Positions 30,249-40,257 of a stretch of 64,000 nt of DNA are shown here, in pieces. Position 1 is the first letter of the stretch. Every line of letters starts with the position of its first letter. This DNA is from a plasmid: sequence record NZ_CP028351.1; one strand, given 5' to 3'. The position numbers were made by a program, and so were the translations under genes. Below the pieces are notes generated by a model that worked only from the letters and a program-made list of their open reading frames with translations, did no database searches and had not been told where the DNA came from.

Positions 30249-30595
30249 GAGGTTTTCCCCGATGTTGTCATTGGTGTAGTTAAAATCAAACAAAAATAAG
30301 TTATGTCATCTACTTTAATGCGTTATTATATAGTGCACTATGTTTGTGCTTACTATCCTGGCAGGGTATTCCAGAAATTAAAAGTTTTTAGCGACAAAAT
30401 AATAGAATCGTCATTCATAAAATATTTCGTTAAAGAAAAAGGATTTGCTATTCTGCTCAGGACTGGCAGGCAATGTAATAAAAAATAAATCGTCATGGCT
30501 CTTTCTTTTTACAGAAATAGACTGTAGTCATGACGCTATAACCTTCAATTTTTCTGTTTAGTTTCGCTCCGTAACCAGCCGGCGCGGAGGAATCC

Positions 30596-32377
30596 ATGCT
30601 TATGAGCCTTAGCGGCGGCGACGATTGCCGTACGCGAACCCTGCACGCGCTGCGCAGTAACGACGAGAGTCGTGACGATGTGTTGCGACAGTTCGTCCGG
30701 CTGGCCAGCCAGGCCATTGGCATTCCCGGCAGCTTTATCTCCGTTCTGGATGATGAGATGCAGCACGTCAAAGCGGCGCACAATTTCACACTGACTCAAT
30801 CCACGCGACAGGACTCGCTCTGCCGGCACGCCGTGGACAGTGACAGTACAGTAGTGGTGCCCGATACTCTGCTGGATAGCCGTTTTGCTGCCCATAAGCT
30901 GATTACAGGCGCGCCTTTTATCCGTTTCTATGCTGGCGTGCCGCTTAAAAGCAGTACCGGTCTGATTCTCGGTACACTCTGCGTGACCGACACGGCACCT
31001 CATCGCTTCAGTGACGATCAGGTGGCGATGCTGAAAATGCTGGCCGCGCTGGTGATGTCTTTTCTTGACGCCTGGTACTCGGCTGGCTTTGCCGACCCGG
31101 TAACCGGCCTGCCCAATCGTCAGCGTCTGATCCGCGACCTGCAGTTCCTTGCCGCCTCCGGAGACACCACGCCACGGCGGCTGGTGCTGATTGACTGTAT
31201 CAATATGCCGCGTGCTTACGAGCTGGCGCGCTCAATGGGCATGGGGCCGGTTGAAAGTCTGCTGAAGGATGTGGCAACACTGCTGCCGCTGCGTCTGCGC
31301 CCAGCCCCGGGAGAAATGCTTTACACCGTAGCAACCGGACGCTTTGCCCTGCTGACACGGCAGGAGAGCAGACTCACTGCCAGCTGGGTGGCCAATAAGC
31401 TGGCCGGGATCAGCGCCGATCTGGGTGATGGGCTATCGGTTGCGCTGATGACCCACACCGGTGAGGCAAGTTTCAACACGGGTGAGATGCCTGCCCAGGA
31501 GATCCTGCGGCGTGCAGTCAGCGCGTTGCACGAAGCCATTACCCGCAACGTTGCCTCAATGCCGTTCAGTGAAGCCACTGATACGCGCCATACCCAGGAT
31601 TTCACCCTGATGCATGACCTGGCCACTGCTATACGCCAGGATAAAGGGTTATGGCTCGCCTGGCAGCCGAAAATCTGCCTTCACAGCGGTAAGCCGATAG
31701 GACTGGAAGCGCTGATCCGCTGGCAGCATCCGCAGCGCGGCGAGCTTTCACCTGCGCAGTTTTTGCCCGTTGCCGGGCAAACCCAACTGCTTACAGAGCT
31801 GACCGCCTGGGTCACAGAGCACGCCATCGCCCGTTTGTCCCGTCTTCGCGACAGCTATATTCAGCTGCCCATCACCATTAACGTCAGCAGCAGCGATTTT
31901 TCCCGTGACGGTTTTGCTGACGAACTGGAAGAACAGATGCTAAGAGCGAAGCTGCCGGTTTCACTGCTGGGCATTGAGTGTCTGGAAACAGAACGGATTC
32001 TGGAAAGCCCCACCGCGATGCAGGGGCTTGAGATGCTGAAGCTACGGGGATTTGGTATTTCACTGGATGACTTCGGGACCGGCTACAGTAACATCAGTTA
32101 TCTGCGGCGCATGCCGCTGGATGTGATCAAGCTGGACCGCTCACTGATCAGTGAAATTTCGTCTGACACCGCATCGCGCGTCATTGCCCGCAGTATCATT
32201 GCGATGCTCAAGGACCTTGATTACATGGTGCTGGCTGAAGGCGTTGAGAATGCGGAAACCGTTACGGCGCTGACCGAGTTCGGCTGCGACCAGGCTCAGG
32301 GATTTTTCTACTCCAGGCCGCTGCCAGAAGCGGCGCTGGATGAGTGGCTCGGCTGGCGATTACGCAGTAAGTGCTGA
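30596..32377 (+). CDS. GAF - degenerate GGDEF - EAL protein (probable c-di-GMP phosphodiesterase); paralog of 55522..57306
   Basis: N-terminal GAF domain (VRLASQAIGIPGSFISVLDD...FIRFYAGVPL). The GGDEF A-site is replaced (TVATGRFALL). The EAL domain has EALIRW and DDFGTGYS motifs. Confidence 0.85.
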   Translation: MLMSLSGGDDCRTRTLHALRSNDESRDDVLRQFVRLASQAIGIPGSFISVLDDEMQHVKAAHNFTLTQSTRQDSLCRHAVDSDSTVVVPDTLLDSRFAAHKLITGAPFIRFYAGVPLKSSTGLILGTLCVTDTAPHRFSDDQVAMLKMLAALVMSFLDAWYSAGFADPVTGLPNRQRLIRDLQFLAASGDTTPRRLVLIDCINMPRAYELARSMGMGPVESLLKDVATLLPLRLRPAPGEMLYTVATGRFALLTRQESRLTASWVANKLAGISADLGDGLSVALMTHTGEASFNTGEMPAQEILRRAVSALHEAITRNVASMPFSEATDTRHTQDFTLMHDLATAIRQDKGLWLAWQPKICLHSGKPIGLEALIRWQHPQRGELSPAQFLPVAGQTQLLTELTAWVTEHAIARLSRLRDSYIQLPITINVSSSDFSRDGFADELEEQMLRAKLPVSLLGIECLETERILESPTAMQGLEMLKLRGFGISLDDFGTGYSNISYLRRMPLDVIKLDRSLISEISSDTASRVIARSIIAMLKDLDYMVLAEGVENAETVTALTEFGCDQAQGFFYSRPLPEAALDEWLGWRLRSKC

Positions 32378-32401
32378 TTCTGTCTTCCCTGCCCCGTAAT
32401 C

Positions 32402-33985
32402 TTATCTGGCAGACTCAGGCGTACTGAATCCGTCCGGCCCGGCAATGATAACCGTATTGCGCCCGGCCGCTTTCGCCTCATAAAGCGCTTCATCCGCCCG
32501 GCGCAACAGCGCATCGCGATCGCGACTCTGGTCATCCCGTGAAGCCACGCCTGCTGATATGGTCATCGTACCGGCGAACGGGAAGGTGGTGGCGCAGACG
32601 GTCTCGCGGATGCGTTCCGCGGTGCGGGCAGCATCGGCCAGCGTCGTGTCCGGCAGCAGCAGTATAAACTCCTCGCCACCAAACCGGCTGACGATATCGC
32701 CGGTTCGGCAGGCCTGACGCAGCAACGCCGCCAGGCTCACCAGGACCGCATCGCCCGCGTCATGCCCATACCAGTCATTGATCTTCTTGAAATGGTCAAT
32801 ATCAATCGCGATGATACACTGTTCATGCTCACTGTCTGCCTGCGCCGCCAGCGCCGAAAATCCGCGACGGTTGCAGAGCCCGGTCAGCGGATCGGTCATT
32901 GCTTCATCGTTAAGCGCAGCCAGATGGCCTGCCACGGCATGGCGATGCGCCTGCACCGCTTCTTTGAGCCGGTCAGCCTCGTAATACCAGGTTTTGACAG
33001 TGGCGAGTGACTCCGCCTGTGCTTCGCTGCCGCCATCCCGCACTCTGTCCGCCAGCTTTTCCAGTGGCGAAGCGATCCGTCCAGCCATAAAAGCAATCAC
33101 GCCAGCCGTTACGAGAATAATGCCCAGAACGAACCAGATGGCGCTTTCTGCCGTGCGCAGCAGAATATGCCTGACCGTTTCAGAGGTGCCGGTAATAAAC
33201 ACATTCCAGCCGGTTTTATGCAGCGTGCCATAGCCGGTCAGAAAGTTTTGCCCCCCATTTTCCAGGGTAAAATGTCCACTTTCCGTAGTGGACAGACGCT
33301 TCTGCAGAGCCAGGCTCAGCAGCATCTTCGTTCCGACGAGCGCCGGATCATGACTGAAAATAATCAGCCCCTCATTGCTGACCACGCTGACCGTCGAGCC
33401 TTTGGTATAAAAATGCTGGCTAAGGATCTCACTCAGCATGCTCTGTTTTTTAAGATAAATGGTGCCGCCGATATAGCCCAGATAGCCCCCTTCTTCGCTG
33501 AACAGCGGCTGAGATAAAAACACCACATAGTTTCCGGCGGCAGAGGTAAAGGGCGCTGAGATAAAGGGCTTACGGGTGGCAATAGCCTGCAGACTGGCTG
33601 CTGAGTGAAGTTTCATGCCTGTCAGATTCAGGCTATCCGGTGAGGTTGCCGCAATAATGGCATCGTGGTTAACCACCACCACCGAGTTGAAAAAGCCTGA
33701 CTGCATGCGCAGACGATCGGCCTCTGCTTTTAGCTGTTTCAGATCGCTAAGGCCCTTGATCTGCGATGCACTCCAGGCCAGTTCCCGTTGTGCTGTTGTC
33801 AGGTAACGATCAGTGGTATCGGCCAGTTTGCGGGCATAGGCAATGTTTCCTTCAAGCAGGCTGTCTTCAATATTAGCCTTCTGAAACAGTAGCAGCGCAC
33901 TCAGCAGCAGACCCGAGGTCAGAATGACGCCCCCAATGGAAAGCAGAGTCAGCAGCGAACGAAGGCGCATTTTTTCATGGAACAT
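32402..33985 (-). CDS. Membrane-bound Cache-domain diguanylate cyclase (GGEEF)
   Basis: A TM helix, then a periplasmic dCache-like domain, a second TM, and a GGDEF domain with RFGGEEF. Confidence 0.85.
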   Translation of the reverse strand: MFHEKMRLRSLLTLLSIGGVILTSGLLLSALLLFQKANIEDSLLEGNIAYARKLADTTDRYLTTAQRELAWSASQIKGLSDLKQLKAEADRLRMQSGFFNSVVVVNHDAIIAATSPDSLNLTGMKLHSAASLQAIATRKPFISAPFTSAAGNYVVFLSQPLFSEEGGYLGYIGGTIYLKKQSMLSEILSQHFYTKGSTVSVVSNEGLIIFSHDPALVGTKMLLSLALQKRLSTTESGHFTLENGGQNFLTGYGTLHKTGWNVFITGTSETVRHILLRTAESAIWFVLGIILVTAGVIAFMAGRIASPLEKLADRVRDGGSEAQAESLATVKTWYYEADRLKEAVQAHRHAVAGHLAALNDEAMTDPLTGLCNRRGFSALAAQADSEHEQCIIAIDIDHFKKINDWYGHDAGDAVLVSLAALLRQACRTGDIVSRFGGEEFILLLPDTTLADAARTAERIRETVCATTFPFAGTMTISAGVASRDDQSRDRDALLRRADEALYEAKAAGRNTVIIAGPDGFSTPESAR

Positions 33986-35062
33986 TGCAGTCGGGATCCG
34001 GATGAAGTATCACCTCAGTGTAACAGTTGATGCTTAACGTCAAGGGAAGAACAGAAGAGGATTTACAGTGGATCACGCTGCATTGCCGGGCGCAGGACAA
34101 ATCCGTACGGGCTTGCATAAGGCCTTGTTGAGCATTTATCAGGCACTGATAAATAGCAGCCGAAAATAATTAAGCAGTAATAATGAAACGGATTAAGCCG
34201 CGACCGGCTCAGGTGAGACGCCTTATTATCGCCAAGCGCCAGCATGAGGTGCTGCAGGCACGAAAAATAACGGGGCAGAATCTGCCCCGTTTATCATCAT
34301 GAATGAAATTCCCGTAAAACAGCTAAATGAAATCTGCGTTGTGAATACGCAGTCAGGCACAGGATTACTCATTACGGTCGGATTAACGCCAGAACGAATT
34401 AATATAAGAACGGCTGCTGAGTTTTTTAATAAACTGATGCGGGCAGGTAAAGCGACACCCTTCCCACTCCAGATTAATCCACTGAAATTAATCATTTTTA
34501 ATTTTATCCAGCAGGCTCACCGCCTGCATGGGCGTCTGGAAAGCATAAGCCTTCATAACTCCCTCTTTGGTACATAAATCAATATGGACCATGTGCCCCC
34601 CGGAGTTAAAAAGATCGTATATTTTATAATTATTGAACAGCCTGTTTAGCATAATCCATTTACCGTCCGCCAATTATCTGATTCCGTAATATTTACGTAA
34701 AAAAAATACTTTATTTTTCATTTAATTTTCGGGCAACTTAGCTCTATTGCATCAATTAATTTGACCATGTTTGCGTAACGTGCCAAAAGCCGGGGAAATG
34801 CTCTTTTTTTTAAATCAGCAAGCCGGCGGAGATAATAAGCGCGCAGGAGGATGACGTTTATCTGACTGCATTTGAGGCATGAGACCGCGCGCGCGGCAGG
34901 ACCGGCACCTTCATGAAACGCCAAAAAATTCGTGCTGACCGATGCGATGGTGATGGTCATAAAGCGAACGCATCGTTTACACTCTCAGCAGCCTTATCGG
35001 CACGGTTATATCGTGTACGCAGAGAGGCAGGAGATTACTGACGGCGGGCAATAAGGAATCTT

Positions 35063-35974
35063 ATGCTGAATTATATGGTATCGCTCTACCGTACTGTGCC
35101 TGTCTCATCTGAATGTCTCAGCGACTGGCTTACCCGCTGGCTGGCGCAGCAGCAGGCCCGGTGCCATGATCATCACTTCTCCGCCGCCTTTCCCTGGCGT
35201 GAAACCAGCCTGCCCCAGCACACGTTTTTGCAGCGCGAACTGACGATTAACGGCCAGCGTTTTCTCACCGGCCCGCGCTATCTGGGGGGCGACCCCGCTC
35301 AGCCTTTTATTGAAATCGTGGCCCGTGATGGCGCACTGGATTACGCAGCCGCAGCCGCCATCATGCGTGAGTGGCAAACGATCAGGCCGCTGAAGATGCG
35401 TATTCTGCTGCCGGCCACGGATCCTGATATTGGTATAACCGATCAGCTGATTTACCTCAGCGTTCCAGGCTTACACTCCGCGTCTCACGACGATGAGATT
35501 TCGCTGATTACGGCCTGTCGGAAAGATTATGCCCTCTGTAGCTCCGCCATTAACCGCGCTTATCATGCCAGCTGGCACACGCTGCCGCATCTGCGGGATC
35601 AGTTGCTGGCCACCAGCAGGCAGGAATTACGAGACGATATTGCCGGGGGGCATGTGTTTCTGATCCTCTGGCAGGGCATGGTGGCGGGGCTGATGATTTG
35701 TGTGCCGCGACGACTGGCCTTTATTGAAGGATTTCAGATCATGGATGAGGTGATTTTGCCGGCGTATCAGGGCCGTGGACTCGCTGCACGCGCTCAGCAG
35801 CGTTTGCTGCAGCAGCTTCACCATTACTGCGGTCATGATGCGATGCTGACCGGCACCATTCTGCCCGGCAATACGCCGTCTCTGCGAAGCGCGCAAAATG
35901 CCGGACGGCGCTGCGTGCTGAAATATCACTTTTTTACCCCCGCTGATTTACGGGCGGAGCGCCGGGCCATTTAA
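35063..35974 (+). CDS. GNAT-domain protein (303 aa; N-terminal 180 aa unassigned)
   Basis: C-terminal GNAT motif A (VILPAYQGRGLAARAQQRLLQQL). An RBS AAGGAA lies 4 nt upstream of the start. Confidence 0.6.
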   Translation: MLNYMVSLYRTVPVSSECLSDWLTRWLAQQQARCHDHHFSAAFPWRETSLPQHTFLQRELTINGQRFLTGPRYLGGDPAQPFIEIVARDGALDYAAAAAIMREWQTIRPLKMRILLPATDPDIGITDQLIYLSVPGLHSASHDDEISLITACRKDYALCSSAINRAYHASWHTLPHLRDQLLATSRQELRDDIAGGHVFLILWQGMVAGLMICVPRRLAFIEGFQIMDEVILPAYQGRGLAARAQQRLLQQLHHYCGHDAMLTGTILPGNTPSLRSAQNAGRRCVLKYHFFTPADLRAERRAI

Positions 35975-35975
35975 A

Positions 35976-36221
35976 TCACCACAGCGCCAGCTCAATCAAT
36001 TCATCCTGAATGCTGTAAACGCACTGCTTCAGGTTCAGAACCTCTTCTGCGCCGATCCACTTTGCCTCAACCGCATGATTAATTTTTTCCAGTGCGATTC
36101 TGGTGCTGCTTTTCAGACCATTGTGCCAGTTGGCATCCGCACGGTTTGACGCCTGTTTTTCCAGAATCCCGACGAGTTCCGCGACATTTTTACCACTGGC
36201 TGACGTTTCAGTTGCAGACAT
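35976..36221 (-). CDS. Hypothetical 81-aa protein
   Basis: The ORF is convergent with the GNAT gene and abuts it. No family is recognised. Confidence 0.35.
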   Translation of the reverse strand: MSATETSASGKNVAELVGILEKQASNRADANWHNGLKSSTRIALEKINHAVEAKWIGAEEVLNLKQCVYSIQDELIELALW

Positions 36222-36449
36222 ATCTGCCTATTTTTGCTGCTAAAAATGATGAAACCGGCGGCACGTATTATACCGATTATCCGACAGGCATGACGGCTTA
36301 CTGTGCGCATAACCCGGCATGCATCGCAGAAGCTTTATAGCCTTGCAGAGATGACCTGCAGGGCGCGGCTTCGCTCGCAAAATTCCGCCAGCTGTTCTTA
36401 ACTCAAAATCAGTGATTTTGTGCCACTGAGAGAACTATCGGAGGACGTT

Positions 36450-36983
36450 TTGACGACAACATCTCTGACTACCGCCAGTGACAATACCCTCACGCTACGG
36501 CGCTGGATTACTGTGGGCCTGCCCGCTACCGAGCTTTTTAACCTGTGGCTTGAGCCCGATACCCTGCCCCGCATTATGAGCCACTTTGCCAGCGTGACGC
36601 CGGTCAATAAAAGCGATGCACACTGGCAGATTGAGGGCCCACTGGGTAAGCACTACCGCTGGGATACCCGCATTGTCGAAGCGCAGCCAGGCGAAGTGAT
36701 TGCCTGGCGCTCGCTTGAGGATGCAGACATTCCTAACGAAGGTGAACTGCGCCTTCGCCCGGCGCCGGGGGAATGGGGCACCGAGCTGGCTCTGACTCTG
36801 CAGTTCACGCCGCCGGGTGGCGCACTGGGAAAAAAGGTAACGACGTTATTTGATCTGCTGCCAAAAGAGGTGGCCAGCAAAGCGTTACATCGCTTTAAAA
36901 GCCTGGCTGAAACCGGTGAAATTCCTACCCTGAACGGGCAGCCTGCGGGTCGTCATGCCGGACGTCAGGATAAGGAGAAATAA
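36450..36983 (+). CDS. SRPBCC (START/Bet v1/polyketide-cyclase-like) protein
   Basis: A TTG at 36450 has GGAGG 6 nt upstream, and this start is chosen. The GTG at 36420 is an alternative. The stop abuts the downstream ADH start (TAAATG). Confidence 0.6.
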   Translation: MTTTSLTTASDNTLTLRRWITVGLPATELFNLWLEPDTLPRIMSHFASVTPVNKSDAHWQIEGPLGKHYRWDTRIVEAQPGEVIAWRSLEDADIPNEGELRLRPAPGEWGTELALTLQFTPPGGALGKKVTTLFDLLPKEVASKALHRFKSLAETGEIPTLNGQPAGRHAGRQDKEK

Positions 36984-38150
36984 ATGCGCGCACTCTGCTG
37001 GAATGGCGTCAACGATTTAAGTGTTGAAACCGTAGCCGACCCCGGTCTGCTCAATCCTCATGATGCCATTATTCGCGTCAGGCTCACCACCACCTGCGGC
37101 TCCGATCTGCACGTCATTGACGGCCTGATCCCGAGTATGCGTGAAGGCGATATTCTGGGTCATGAATTCATGGGTGAGGTAGTTGAAGTTGGCCGTGCGA
37201 TAAAAAATATCCGGCGTGGCGATCGGGTCGTAGTGCCCTCTTTCATCTCCTGTGGTTCCTGCTGGTATTGCCAGCATCAGTTGCCCTCCTGCTGTGACAA
37301 TACGCATCCGCAGTGGGAGAAAGGTGAAACAGTGCTCGGTCATGCCACGGGCGGCATTTACGCTTACAGCCACGCGTTTGGCGGTTATGCAGGCTCACAC
37401 GCAGAGTATGTTCGTGTGCCCTTTGCCGACAATGATTGCTTCGTCGTGCCCGAAGGCGTAATCGATGAGCAGGCGCTGTTCCTCTCCGATGCGACGCCGA
37501 CCGGTTATATGGGTGCCGACTTCTGTAATATTCATCCCGGTGACACCGTGGTGGTCTGGGGCTGTGGCGGTGTCGGACTGATGGCACAGCAAAGCGCCTG
37601 GCTGATGGGCGCGCATCAGGTCATCGGTATCGATCGCTATCCTGAACGGCTGGCCATGGCACGCGACTTCGCAGGCAGCATAACGCTGGATTACACCGAG
37701 GTGGACGTCAACGAAGCGCTGCTGGAGTTAACCGGCGGGCGCGGCCCGGACAGCTGTATTGATGCTGTCGGCATGGAAGCCCGCGGTGAAGGATTAAGTC
37801 AGGTCTATGACAAGACCAAACAGATGCTGCATCTGGAAACGGATGTCGGTGCAGCCTTGCGCCAGGCGTTATATGCCTGCCGTAAAGGCGGCAACATCGC
37901 GATTCTGGGGGTATATGGCGTGATGGATAAGTTCCCGCTGGGGCTGATGATTAATAAAAGCCTGACCATCCGTACCGCCCAGCAGCACGGGCAACGCTAC
38001 ATGCATCGTCTGCTGGAGCATGTTGCCAGAAATGAGCTGAACCCGGCTTTTATGGCGACACATCGTTTTCCACTGGAAGAGGCCCCGCGAGGCTATGAGA
38101 TGTTTAAACACAAAGAAGATGGCTGCGTTCGCGCCGTGTTCGTGCCCTGA
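36984..38150 (+). CDS. Zinc-dependent alcohol dehydrogenase (glutathione-independent formaldehyde / threonine dehydrogenase-like)
   Basis: Catalytic-zinc motif CGSDLH...GHEFMGEV. Structural-zinc Cys cluster CGSCWYCQHQLPSCC. Rossmann motif GCGGVGL. Confidence 0.85.
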   Translation: MRALCWNGVNDLSVETVADPGLLNPHDAIIRVRLTTTCGSDLHVIDGLIPSMREGDILGHEFMGEVVEVGRAIKNIRRGDRVVVPSFISCGSCWYCQHQLPSCCDNTHPQWEKGETVLGHATGGIYAYSHAFGGYAGSHAEYVRVPFADNDCFVVPEGVIDEQALFLSDATPTGYMGADFCNIHPGDTVVVWGCGGVGLMAQQSAWLMGAHQVIGIDRYPERLAMARDFAGSITLDYTEVDVNEALLELTGGRGPDSCIDAVGMEARGEGLSQVYDKTKQMLHLETDVGAALRQALYACRKGGNIAILGVYGVMDKFPLGLMINKSLTIRTAQQHGQRYMHRLLEHVARNELNPAFMATHRFPLEEAPRGYEMFKHKEDGCVRAVFVP

Positions 38151-38470
38151 AAACACATAAACCGATTCGGGCGGCGCTGCCGCCCGGCGGGACCTTTCCT
38201 GAATTCTGGCAAAAATCCCACTTATTCCCGGACGCTGAAACACTGATGATAAGCGCCTGTCACCGTAAAGCTGAACCTGAATTAACCCGCCATAATTCCA
38301 TGTTGATATGAATTTTTATGAACGTAAAGTGAAAAAAACACATCAGAATCAGATCCCTGTAAACGCTAAGCAGACACCTCTGCCTGTTCACATTTTGAAA
38401 ACAAAATAATCACAATAAGTTATTTTTTCATGTGTAAATTAGTGCCAATTTTCATTTATGGAGCAGGCCA

Positions 38471-39016
38471 ATGACGCAATATGTGGCAGTTTTTCTCTCT
38501 TCACTGTTCATGTGCAGCAACGTTTTCGCAGGTTCGGTTTCTTCCGTATCACTCGACGCGCTTTCCACCGCATTAAATGAACGCATGCAGGTCATGAAGG
38601 CTGTGGCGGGTTATAAAGCGCAGCATCATTTACCCGTTGAGGATCTGCCTCGTGAGCAGGTTGTTCTGGAAAAGATGCTGCATAACGCGCAGCAGGCAGG
38701 ACTTGAACCTCAATCGGTGGAGCCTTTTGTCCATGCTCTGATGAACGTCAGCAAAGCGATTCAGTATCGCTATCGGGCTGACTGGCTTTCAGCACCGGAA
38801 AGTGACGTACCCGTCACCGATCTGGCCGGGACCCGGCAGCAGATTGAACAGCTGGATACCCAGCTCCTGGCTGCGATCAGCCAGCGCCTGATGACCGGCA
38901 GCTTCTCGCAGGAGGACAAAGCGTTTCTGATGTCACAGCTCACGGCACCCCACCTCAGCGAAAGTGATAAAAACAACCTTTTCGCTTCTCTCGCCCGCAT
39001 TCAGCGCTCGCATTAA
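38471..39016 (+). CDS. Secreted (periplasmic) AroQ-class chorismate mutase
   Basis: A signal peptide precedes an AroQ helical domain (LNERMQVMKAVAGYK...P..D..RE..VL). The length is about 180 aa, as in the periplasmic *AroQ enzymes of Erwinia, Pantoea and Salmonella. Confidence 0.75.
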   Translation: MTQYVAVFLSSLFMCSNVFAGSVSSVSLDALSTALNERMQVMKAVAGYKAQHHLPVEDLPREQVVLEKMLHNAQQAGLEPQSVEPFVHALMNVSKAIQYRYRADWLSAPESDVPVTDLAGTRQQIEQLDTQLLAAISQRLMTGSFSQEDKAFLMSQLTAPHLSESDKNNLFASLARIQRSH

Positions 39017-39038
39017 TCCTTAAGCCGTGGAGTGAGCT

Positions 39039-40229
39039 ATGCAGCTTCATGAACTGATGAACCCCGAATACACTGACAATCCGTTTCCCCTTTATCGGAA
39101 ACTGCATCGGCAGGGCCCGCTTATTCCTGCCGGGGATAAGATCATCATCAGCGGGAGTCACGCGGTGGTGGAGACACTGCTGAACGATCGGCGGGTCGGC
39201 AAGAATTATATGGAAAGTGTCAGGCTAAGATTTGGAGATGCCGCAGCCGACATGCCGCTGTTTCAGGGCATCAGCAGAATGTTTCTGGTGCTGAATCCGC
39301 CGGATCATAACCGATTAAGAGGACTGGTTATGAAGGCATTCAGCGCCCGGGAAATTAAACCACTCCGGGAGATGGCGCTGAGTGTCGCTCATGACCTGGT
39401 TGATGCGCTGGCAGGTCATCGCGACTGCGATCTGGCCCAGGCATTCGCCTTTCCGTTACCGGTACGCATTATCTGCGGGATGCTGGATCTTGCTGAGTCT
39501 GACGCGCCTGAACTGGGTCGGCTCACATCTGTACTGGTCAAAGTGTTCGACCCGCAAATCAGCCAGTCGGATCTACTGGAAGCCGCCGATGCGTTTGCCG
39601 TACTGGAGCGTTACTTCAGCGCAATGATCGTCGCCCGGCGTGACAGCACGGCCAGCGATCTGGTGTCCCTTTTTCTGCGCAGCAGCAGCGATGGCGACCG
39701 GCTAAGTCACGATGAGATCATCGCCAATGTGATACTGCTGTTTATTGCCGGCCATGAGACCACCTCAAATATGCTCTGCAATACTCTCCTGGCTCTGCAT
39801 GACCATCCGCAGGAACTGGCTTGCCTGAAACAGAATCATGCACTGATACCTGATGCCATAGCGGAGTGTCTGCGTTACGACAGTTCGGTCCAGATGCTGT
39901 ACCGCACGACGCTGAAAGAAATTGAGGTGGCAGGCCAGCTCATTCCGCCAGGAACACGCTTTTTTCTGAGTCTGGGCGCAGCCAATCACGACCCGCTTGT
40001 CTTTACCTCGCCGGAGCGGGTCAATATCCGGCGACATGAGGGACGCAGCCTGGCATTTGGTGGCGGGATACATCACTGTATGGGCTACCGGCTGGCACTG
40101 GCGGAAATGGAGGTGGCGCTAGAGGTATTGCTGACCCGACTGCCAGCAATGCGACCGGTAACCGCCGGGGTTCGCCGCAATCACAGAGCCAACCTGCGTG
40201 GTGTCAGCGCCCTGCCGGTCAAGTGGTGA
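39039..40229 (+). CDS. Cytochrome P450 monooxygenase
   Basis: Heme-binding loop FGGGIHHCMGYRLA (FxxGxHxCxG). I-helix AGHETTS. K-helix ECLRYDS (ExxR). The RBS is GGAGTGAG. Confidence 0.85.
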   Translation: MQLHELMNPEYTDNPFPLYRKLHRQGPLIPAGDKIIISGSHAVVETLLNDRRVGKNYMESVRLRFGDAAADMPLFQGISRMFLVLNPPDHNRLRGLVMKAFSAREIKPLREMALSVAHDLVDALAGHRDCDLAQAFAFPLPVRIICGMLDLAESDAPELGRLTSVLVKVFDPQISQSDLLEAADAFAVLERYFSAMIVARRDSTASDLVSLFLRSSSDGDRLSHDEIIANVILLFIAGHETTSNMLCNTLLALHDHPQELACLKQNHALIPDAIAECLRYDSSVQMLYRTTLKEIEVAGQLIPPGTRFFLSLGAANHDPLVFTSPERVNIRRHEGRSLAFGGGIHHCMGYRLALAEMEVALEVLLTRLPAMRPVTAGVRRNHRANLRGVSALPVKW

Positions 40230-40257
40230 AACCGCCGGGGCCAGAAGCGCCCGGCGA

